NCBI GenBank assembly: GCA_947628435.1
Contig: CANQZW010000004.1
Span: 2,087 to 66,086, forward strand
Source of the DNA: an uncultured Bacilli bacterium
GTDB lineage: Bacteria; Bacillota_I; Bacilli_A; RF39; UBA660
DNA: 64,000 nt
Direction of reading: 5' to 3'
Under the pieces are notes generated by a model that was given only the letters and a program-made list of their open reading frames with translations, was not told the origin of the DNA and made no database searches. The position numbers and the translations under genes were made by a program. Shown in pieces: positions 32,846 to 39,356 of the stretch. The first letter of the stretch is position 1; every line of letters starts with the position of its first letter.

Positions 32846-32857
32846 ACCACCTTGTTT

Positions 32858-33433
32858 TTAGCTTTTTGATTTAGTATTATATTTATTCATTACCAATAAA
32901 AAAGGTTTTGAAATGGAATCTAAAACCGCATCTGCTGCTTTTGATATTATCGGTTTTAATATTTCCTGTTCTTCTTTGCTTAATTTTCCTAAGACATAAT
33001 CTTTAGTATCAATACTCTTATTATTTGATATGCCTATTTTTATTCTTTTGTATTCATTTGTATGAAGTTGTTGTTCTATATTCTTTAAACCGTTATGACC
33101 ACCAGAACTACCTTTTTCTTTTAACTTCATAGATCCTAACGGAAGATCTAAATCGTCATTAATAACTATTATGTCTTCAGTTTTAATATTTAAAAATTTT
33201 ACAAACTTTATCATTACATCTCCAGATAAATTTATATAATTTTGAGGTTTAATAAACACAACCCTACACATATCTATATAGCAATCAAAATAAAGTGCGT
33301 CATCTCTTTTTTCCCATTTTTTTACATTTAATCTTTTTGCTAACTCATCTAAAACTTTAAAACCAATATTATGTCTTGTGTTTTCGTATTGTTTTCCTTT
33401 ATTTCCTAATCCTACGATTAATTTTATCTTCAT
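32858..33433 (-). CDS. pth: peptidyl-tRNA hydrolase
   Basis: 191 aa. Contains GLGNKGKQYENTRHNIGF and GGHNGLKNI. Confidence 0.95.
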   Translation of the reverse strand: MKIKLIVGLGNKGKQYENTRHNIGFKVLDELAKRLNVKKWEKRDDALYFDCYIDMCRVVFIKPQNYINLSGDVMIKFVKFLNIKTEDIIVINDDLDLPLGSMKLKEKGSSGGHNGLKNIEQQLHTNEYKRIKIGISNNKSIDTKDYVLGKLSKEEQEILKPIISKAADAVLDSISKPFLLVMNKYNTKSKS

Positions 33434-33436
33434 TAG

Positions 33437-34159
33437 TTAACCTCCATTAAATATTTGATTTATTTCATCAGTATATGTTCCATCATCGTTATGTACTATT
33501 ATATTAGGCTCTATTTTAAGACCTACTTTACCATTTTTAACACCCTCTATTAAAACTAAATTAGACTCAGAATTTCTAAAAGGATATATAATCTTTAATC
33601 TTTTTGGCTCTATGTTATATTTTTTCATTAAACCTATTATTTCTATTAATCTATCTGTTCTATGAACAAGTGCTATTTTACCATTGTTCTTTAATATTTT
33701 CTTTGCACACATAAATATGTCATCAAGACAAATTGATATTTCGTGTCTTGCAATTGCTTTTATTTTATTATCATTTGTGTTACTGTTTTTAGTTATTTTA
33801 AAATATGGCGGATTACAAGTAATAAGATCAAAATAATCAGTATCATAATTTTTATTTATGTCTTTAACATCTAAATTTAAAATTGTTATTTGATTATCAA
33901 GATTATTTAATTTCACACTTTTTTGTGCTAAATTATATACTTCTTTTTGAAGTTCTACTCCTATTATTTTAGATTTTGTTCTAGTACTTAAAAAAAGCGG
34001 AACTGGTGCATTTCCACAACAAAAATCAATTATTTTCATTTTATTATTAACTTTAACAAAGTTTGCTAGCAAAACAGAATCTAATGAAAAACTAAACCAA
34101 TTAGTATTTTGATATATTTTTAAATTTTTATAATTTAAAAGGTCATTTATTACTTCCAT
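33437..34159 (-). CDS. yabB: tRNA (adenine-N6)-methyltransferase family protein (YfiC/YabB-like)
   Basis: 240 aa. SAM motif IIDFCCGNA and catalytic NPPYF. Confidence 0.8.
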   Translation of the reverse strand: MEVINDLLNYKNLKIYQNTNWFSFSLDSVLLANFVKVNNKMKIIDFCCGNAPVPLFLSTRTKSKIIGVELQKEVYNLAQKSVKLNNLDNQITILNLDVKDINKNYDTDYFDLITCNPPYFKITKNSNTNDNKIKAIARHEISICLDDIFMCAKKILKNNGKIALVHRTDRLIEIIGLMKKYNIEPKRLKIIYPFRNSESNLVLIEGVKNGKVGLKIEPNIIVHNDDGTYTDEINQIFNGG

Positions 34160-34943
34160 TATTACCTATACAAACCTCAAATTCTTCAGAATCTGGAGTT
34201 TTTACCTTATAACTTCTTTTTAATATATTTAACTCAAATACTTTACCTGTTTTTCCATTATGTGTAACTGTCTGTCCAATTTTTGGTAATTCTTTTTTAT
34301 ATTCACTATACACGTCATCTTCATACCCTAAGCAACAAAGCAATCTACCACATGATCCGTTTATTTTGGTTGGATTTAATGCAATACCTTGATTTTTTGC
34401 CATATTTATAGAAACACTATCGAAATTAGTTAAAAAATCACTACAACATAGTGGTCTACCACAAGGACCTAGTCCCCCTATTTCTTTTGCTTTATCTCTT
34501 ACGCCTATTTGCCTTAATTCAATTCTTGTCTTATATTTAGATGCTAAAAGTTTAGCAAGCTCTCTAAAATCAATGCGTTCATCTGCGATAAATTTGAAAA
34601 TAAGTTTTTTCTTATCAAATGTATATGACGCTTCATATAATTTCATATTTAATTTTTCTTTTTCTACTAAATCTTTAGCATACTTCAAAGCTTTTTGTGC
34701 ATCCTTTATATTTTTATCATTAATTTTTTGATCTTCTTTTGTTGCTAATCTTATAACATCTTTTAAGGGTAAAAAAACGTTTTTTTCAGGCATTTCAAGA
34801 ACTTCTGTAACAGCTTGTGCGAATTGCAGTCCTCGTTCTGTTTCAACAATTACAAAATCATTAATATTTATGTTATTTTTTCCAAGAGAAAAATAGTATA
34901 TTCTTGATCCTGTCATAAATTTAATTCCTATTACTTTTACCAT
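34143..34943 (-). CDS. ricT: PSP1-domain regulatory protein RicT (YaaT)
   Basis: 266 aa. MVKVIGIKF..IYYF N-terminus, RIELRQIGVRD, and cysteine cluster GPCGRPLCC...CGRLLCCL. Confidence 0.9.
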   Translation of the reverse strand: MVKVIGIKFMTGSRIYYFSLGKNNININDFVIVETERGLQFAQAVTEVLEMPEKNVFLPLKDVIRLATKEDQKINDKNIKDAQKALKYAKDLVEKEKLNMKLYEASYTFDKKKLIFKFIADERIDFRELAKLLASKYKTRIELRQIGVRDKAKEIGGLGPCGRPLCCSDFLTNFDSVSINMAKNQGIALNPTKINGSCGRLLCCLGYEDDVYSEYKKELPKIGQTVTHNGKTGKVFELNILKRSYKVKTPDSEEFEVCIGNNGSNK

Positions 34944-35856
34944 TTGTTATTTCTCCTATTCCTATTATAAAATTACTAATAAATAATGTTATATTTACAT
35001 TGTACTCCAATTTTTGCATGTTTTCTAAAATAAATTTTATTTTTTTTATTATAATTTCTTCAGATTGACAATCAGCTATATTTTTTATACCCGTTTCATT
35101 ATTAAAATAGTCCATATTTTTAAATATTTTATAATTTAAAGCATCTTTATAGGATAAAAGAATTACCATTAAGGCATTTTTTAAAGATTCTTTCGTATTA
35201 AAATAATCTAAAAATTGAACTTTCATTAAAGAAACTGCTTTAACAAAGTTATTTTCTATAATAAATAAAAAATCTAAAATATTATTTATTTCTTCCTCGG
35301 TTAAAAAAGTAATTTTTTTTATGTATTTCATTCCTTTTTTTAATTGTTCGTTATTTAGTCTTACAACCTGGCATCTTGATACAATTGTAGAAATTACAGA
35401 ATTAATGTTTGTTGTAGTAAATATGGCAATTGTATTAGTATCATCTGGTTCTTCTAAAAATTTAAGTAGTGAATTTGCCGCAGAAGAATTTAAAGTATCT
35501 ACATTATTTATAATATAGACCTGATTTTTACCTTCTATTGACTTCGTTTTGAATTTTTCTTTCAATGATAATATTTCTTCTTTTTTTATAACGTTATTTA
35601 CTGGTTTTATGATGTTTAATTCGCCAAAATTACCAGATTTAATTCTTGAACATATGTTGCACTTTGAACAATTATCAGTATATTTTTCTGGACAAATTAA
35701 TATTTTTGAAAAAATAAGCGAATATTTTTCTAAATTATCTTCGTCATCACCAACAAGAAGATAAGCTTGAGCTCCTACCAATGAATTGTTCAATTTACTT
35801 AATATTTTACTTAAAATAGGCTGTTTTTCTATTACCACGTCATTCAATAAAATCAC
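34921..35856 (-). CDS. holB: DNA polymerase III subunit delta'
   Basis: 311 aa. Degenerate clamp-loader AAA+ fold (AYLLVGDD, NSLLKFLEEP, SRCQVV). Upstream of ricT. Confidence 0.8.
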   Translation of the reverse strand: MILLNDVVIEKQPILSKILSKLNNSLVGAQAYLLVGDDEDNLEKYSLIFSKILICPEKYTDNCSKCNICSRIKSGNFGELNIIKPVNNVIKKEEILSLKEKFKTKSIEGKNQVYIINNVDTLNSSAANSLLKFLEEPDDTNTIAIFTTTNINSVISTIVSRCQVVRLNNEQLKKGMKYIKKITFLTEEEINNILDFLFIIENNFVKAVSLMKVQFLDYFNTKESLKNALMVILLSYKDALNYKIFKNMDYFNNETGIKNIADCQSEEIIIKKIKFILENMQKLEYNVNITLFISNFIIGIGEITNGKSNRN

Positions 35857-35861
35857 CTCTT

Positions 35862-36050
35862 TTAGTAGTTAAAAAGAAGAAATAAAGCTAATCCTATAAT
35901 ACCAGGAACATCAAAAAAACTTGCTACTAATATGGTTATTACATTTATTGGTATCATCAAGTTAAGAGATGATAAAAATGTATTATAACCAAAAAGCAAA
36001 ATCATTCCTATAACTACTTTTTTTAATATTTTAAATATAAATCTGAACAT
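35862..36050 (-). CDS. bofA: pro-sigma-K processing inhibitor BofA-like membrane protein
   Basis: 62 aa with two TM segments. IPINVITILVASFFDVPGIIGLALF resembles the conserved BofA C-terminus. Downstream of recR, as in Bacillus. Confidence 0.6.
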   Translation of the reverse strand: MFRFIFKILKKVVIGMILLFGYNTFLSSLNLMIPINVITILVASFFDVPGIIGLALFLLFNY

Positions 36051-36089
36051 ATTTTCACCTCTAGTAAAAAATATGTTCTTTTACCAATT

Positions 36090-36689
36090 TTATGATATTT
36101 CATTTCTATTTTCTAATGCCATTTCTAATGTTAATGCATCTAAGTATTCCATATCCGCACCAATCGGTACCCCTTGAGCTATTTGCGTTACTTTAACATC
36201 TGTATTTTCTAAAAGTTTTCTAATATATAAAGATGTAGTATTTCCCTCTATACCAGGTCTTAAAGCTAATATAATTTCTTTAATATCTTCTTTTGTTATT
36301 CTATCAATTAAAGAATTAATTGATAGATCCTCAGGATTTATTCCATCCATAGGAGAAATTAATCCACCTAAAACATGGTATTTATTTTTAAAATCACTTA
36401 TTTTTTCTAAAATAAAAACATTCTTTTGATTTTCAACTACAAAAATGATTTTTGAATCTCTATTATCATCATCACATATCATACATTTGTTTGAATCCAT
36501 AAGACAACCACATATAGGGCATGTCTTTATATTACTCTTTATATTTTCTAATGTTTTACTAAATGAATCTATTTTTTCCTCTGGCATATTTAATATTGAA
36601 AATGCATATCTTTCCGCTGTTTTTTCTCCAACTCCAGGCAATAATTTTAAACAATCTATAAGTTCTTGTAATGTTTTTGGATAATTCAT
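36090..36689 (-). CDS. recR: recombination protein RecR
   Basis: 199 aa. HhH motif LPGVGEKTAER, zinc finger CPICGC...CMIC, and a Toprim domain. Confidence 0.95.
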   Translation of the reverse strand: MNYPKTLQELIDCLKLLPGVGEKTAERYAFSILNMPEEKIDSFSKTLENIKSNIKTCPICGCLMDSNKCMICDDDNRDSKIIFVVENQKNVFILEKISDFKNKYHVLGGLISPMDGINPEDLSINSLIDRITKEDIKEIILALRPGIEGNTTSLYIRKLLENTDVKVTQIAQGVPIGADMEYLDALTLEMALENRNEIS

Positions 36690-36701
36690 TTTTTCATCAC
36701 C

Positions 36702-36998
36702 TTATAAAAAGTTACCTAATGCTCCTGCTGCATTCCCCATTTTTAATTCTATTTCTTTGTTAAGTTTACTCATAGCATCATTAAAAGCAATAGTTATCAT
36801 ATCTTCTAAAATTTCTATATCTTCTTTTTCTAAAGTTGTTGCTTTAATTTTAACAGTTAAGACTTCTCTTTTTCCGTTTATTACTACTTCTACTAATTCT
36901 GAATTTCCAGTAAATTTCATTGCTTCTATTTTACTTTTAGATTCCATCATATTTTTTTGCATAGATTGAGCTTGTTTCATTAATGCTTGTAAATTCAT
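36702..36998 (-). CDS. ebfC: nucleoid-associated protein YbaB/EbfC
   Basis: 98 aa. Between dnaX and recR. Typical MKQAQSMQKNM N-terminus. Confidence 0.9.
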   Translation of the reverse strand: MNLQALMKQAQSMQKNMMESKSKIEAMKFTGNSELVEVVINGKREVLTVKIKATTLEKEDIEILEDMITIAFNDAMSKLNKEIELKMGNAAGALGNFL

Positions 36999-36999
36999 A

Positions 37000-38628
37000 T
37001 TATTTTTCCTCCGTTTCTATTAATTCATTAAACTCACTTAAAGTTGTTCTATCTTTTAATTTTTTCACTTTTGATAACAGCAACTTTTCATCTTTTAGTT
37101 GCAATTCATTATTCTTAACTAAATTAACATATTCTGGTCTTATTTTTTGCCAATATTCATCTGTTATATATACTATTTTGTATGTATTATCATATATTTT
37201 TTCAAATATTTTTTTACTTATATCATATTCTTTTTCTATTTTTGTCAAAAACGATTTTATTGGTATAGTAACAATAACGCCTGTCTTTGAAGCTGCTACT
37301 GGTTTACATTTTAATAATATTCCAGCACTTTTTTTATATTTTTCATTTGTTAAATATTCATTAAGCGTATTCCATTTTTTATTAATAGAATTCAATTCAT
37401 CACGAGATGAGTTTTTTAATATATTATTTATTCTAACATTTTTTAATTCATCTACTGTTTTTAAAAAATCATCTTCCTCTAATGTTTCACGTGAAACATT
37501 AGAAACATTTTCTTCTTTTTTACTTGAATTGCTTAGATTGTTATTTGATGTTTCACGTGAAACATCAAATTTACTCATTAATTTTATTATATTTACCTCA
37601 AAAATCAAATTTTTATCTATATTGTATTGTAATTTGTTTGATAATTCTATTAAGTCATCTATTAAATCATATAGTTTTTTTTCAGATAAGTTATCAAACA
37701 AAACAAACAAATTATTATTTGCATCCTTTAACACTTTTTTTCTATATAAAATAACATTTCTTATACATGTAATTAATTTTTGTGACACTAAATAAAAATC
37801 TTTACCATTATTTGACCATTTATGAGACATTTCAATTATTTTATCATATTTTAAATTTAATAAATTATTAAAAAACTTTTCGACTTCTCCATCAGAAATT
37901 GTGCCTGATAATTCTTGAATATCTTCTAATGATATTTTATTATCACAAAATGCAAAAGCTTGATCTAACATTCCAATAGCGTCTCTCATTCCGCCTTTTG
38001 AATTACGAATAATTTCATATAATGCGTCTTGCTCAATAGGTATGTTTTCTTTTTGTATAATATTTTCAAGACATTGTTTCATGTAATCTTGAGTTATATT
38101 TTTAAAATCAAACCTTTGACATCTTGATATAACAGTTGTTGGTATTTTTTGTGGTTCTGTTGTTGCTAAAATAAATATTACATATTCTGGCGGTTCTTCT
38201 AATGTTTTTAGCAAAGCATTAAAAGCTCCTATAGAAAGCATATGTACCTCATCTATTATATATACTTTATATTTTGACATTGAAGGTACTAAGCCTACGT
38301 TATTTTTTATTTCTCTTATTTCATCAACACCATTATTAGAAGCAGCATCTATTTCTATTATATCCGGATTAGCATTATCATTAAACGATATGCAACTACT
38401 GCACTTATTACATGCATCACCATCTTCGTTATTATAACAATTTATAGCTTTTGCAAATAACTTTGCGCAACTTGTTTTACCGGTTCCTCTTGGTCCAGTA
38501 AATAAATATGCATGACATAATTTATTGTTTTTTATAACATTTTTTAATGTTTTTACAATAACATCTTGTCCAAAAACCAGATTAAAGCTATTTGGTCTAT
38601 ATTTTCTATATAATGTTTGATATGTCAT
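37000..38628 (-). CDS. dnaX: DNA polymerase III subunit gamma/tau
   Basis: 542 aa from MTYQTLYRKYRP. Contains GPRGTGKTS, zinc module CNKCSSC, DEVHML and SRCQRF. The variable linker carries two VSRET peptides encoded by parS palindromes. Confidence 0.95.
   Translation of the reverse strand: MTYQTLYRKYRPNSFNLVFGQDVIVKTLKNVIKNNKLCHAYLFTGPRGTGKTSCAKLFAKAINCYNNEDGDACNKCSSCISFNDNANPDIIEIDAASNNGVDEIREIKNNVGLVPSMSKYKVYIIDEVHMLSIGAFNALLKTLEEPPEYVIFILATTEPQKIPTTVISRCQRFDFKNITQDYMKQCLENIIQKENIPIEQDALYEIIRNSKGGMRDAIGMLDQAFAFCDNKISLEDIQELSGTISDGEVEKFFNNLLNLKYDKIIEMSHKWSNNGKDFYLVSQKLITCIRNVILYRKKVLKDANNNLFVLFDNLSEKKLYDLIDDLIELSNKLQYNIDKNLIFEVNIIKLMSKFDVSRETSNNNLSNSSKKEENVSNVSRETLEEDDFLKTVDELKNVRINNILKNSSRDELNSINKKWNTLNEYLTNEKYKKSAGILLKCKPVAASKTGVIVTIPIKSFLTKIEKEYDISKKIFEKIYDNTYKIVYITDEYWQKIRPEYVNLVKNNELQLKDEKLLLSKVKKLKDRTTLSEFNELIETEEK
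37483..37498. promoter_or_regulatory. parS: parS site 1 (TGTTTCACGTGAAACA), inside dnaX
   Basis: Exact 16-bp palindrome matching the ParB/Spo0J consensus TGTTNCACGTGAAACA. The palindrome extends to 20 bp (37481-37500). Confidence 0.8.
37549..37564. promoter_or_regulatory. parS: parS site 2, inside dnaX
   Basis: Exact copy of the 16-mer. The palindrome extends to 20 bp (37547-37566). It is 66 bp from site 1. Confidence 0.8.
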
Positions 38629-38691
38629 AATATTTTTTCCTTTCATAAACATTATATCATTTAAAAAAGTTTTTTAAAACTTTAAATACAA

Positions 38692-38707
38692 TGTTTCACG
38701 TGAAACA
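38692..38707. promoter_or_regulatory. parS: parS site 3, tadA-dnaX intergenic
   Basis: Exact copy of the 16-mer. The palindrome extends to 22 bp (38689-38710). Confidence 0.8.
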
Positions 38708-38712
38708 TTGTA

Positions 38713-39123
38713 TTATTTTTTTCTTTTATCTTTAAAAAATTTTTGTATTAAATATAACGATTTATTATCGTCCTCAATATGTTTATATTTTTCTAATTTT
38801 ATTTTTATTTCTTTATCTTTTTCTTGCATAAAATATACTTTTTTTATACGACATAATTCTATGGCATTCATACAAAAATTACAAGGCTGTAAAGTAACAT
38901 ATAGTTCACAATCATTAAGTCTCCAATTTTTTAATTTTTTACAGGCTTTCGTTATAGCTATTATTTCTGCATGTAATATTGCATTTTTCTTTTGTTCTAC
39001 TTTATTATGAGCTTTTGATATTACTTTTCCATCTTTAACAATAACTGCACCAACTGGCACTTCACCTTTTTTATATGCTTTTTTAGCTTCTTCTAAAGCA
39101 ACATTAATAAATTTTTCGTTCAT
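38713..39123 (-). CDS. tadA: tRNA-specific adenosine deaminase
   Basis: 136 aa. Deaminase zinc motifs HAE and PCNFC. EVPVGAVIV near the N-terminus. Confidence 0.9.
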   Translation of the reverse strand: MNEKFINVALEEAKKAYKKGEVPVGAVIVKDGKVISKAHNKVEQKKNAILHAEIIAITKACKKLKNWRLNDCELYVTLQPCNFCMNAIELCRIKKVYFMQEKDKEIKIKLEKYKHIEDDNKSLYLIQKFFKDKRKK

Positions 39124-39143
39124 ATATTATTACCTCAAAATAA

Positions 39144-39159
39144 TGTTTCACGTGAAACA
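39144..39159. promoter_or_regulatory. parS: parS site 4, ffs-tadA intergenic
   Basis: Exact copy of the 16-mer, 21 bp upstream of the tadA start codon. Confidence 0.8.
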
Positions 39160-39174
39160 TATATTTTATAAAAT

Positions 39175-39253
39175 AAAAGCACACACAGAAAGAGGTTATT
39201 AAGGCTGCTACCTTTCGGTCCTGACCTGGTTCTAACATTTCCGTTGTGCACAA
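39175..39253 (-). ncRNA. ffs: signal recognition particle RNA, short 4.5S-type (about 80 nt)
   Basis: The minus strand reads ...AACCAGGUCAGGACCGAAAGGUAGCAGCCUUAA..., the conserved SRP domain IV. The 5' GUGCACA pairs with the 3' UGUGUGC. Followed by UUUUAUUU. End positions are approximate. Confidence 0.8.
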
Positions 39254-39255
39254 AT

Positions 39256-39284
39256 ATTTTATTATATTATCATAAATTAATCAA
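39256..39284 (-). promoter_or_regulatory. candidate ffs promoter, TTGATT-17 nt-TAAAAT
   Basis: On the minus strand, TTGATT is at 39284-39279 and TAAAAT at 39261-39256. The -10 element ends about 5 nt before the predicted RNA 5' end. Confidence 0.5.
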
Positions 39285-39318
39285 GTTTTATTATTAATCT
39301 TATTTAACTAATTTTTAA

Positions 39319-39334
39319 TGTTTCACGTGAAACA
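39319..39334. promoter_or_regulatory. parS: parS site 5, gyrA-ffs intergenic
   Basis: Exact copy of the 16-mer. The palindrome extends to 26 bp (39314-39339). Confidence 0.8.
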
Positions 39335-39356
39335 TTAAATATAATTTGTTTTTGTT

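Noticed and set aside
37506-37524. An A-run, AGTAAAAAAGAAG, in dnaX between the two parS sites, considered as a possible gamma/tau frameshift or slippage site like E. coli A-AAA-AAG.
   Set aside because: The heptamer A-AAA-AAG is not in the zero frame (the codons are AGT-AAA-AAA-GAA). The run is only six A residues. I see no downstream stimulatory hairpin other than parS itself. There is no support for recoding from sequence alone.
36983-37795. A 270-aa plus-strand ORF antisense to ebfC and dnaX, unusually long for an AT-rich genome.
   Set aside because: The sense strand has unambiguous DnaX and EbfC homology. In this antisense phase a stop arises only where the sense strand has NNY-TAY or NNT-CAN, which is rare with the A-ending codon bias used here. 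The product is Phe/Ser/Leu/Ile/Asn low-complexity. Its two VSRET peptides are simply the parS palindromes read backwards.
37483-39334. An alternative reading of the five palindromes as ordinary intrinsic terminators or a REP-like dispersed repeat.
   Set aside because: Two copies are inside an essential CDS. None is followed by a T-tract. The sequence is an exact match to the well-established parS consensus, so the parS interpretation is preferred. RNA-level side effects are kept as a caveat in the findings.
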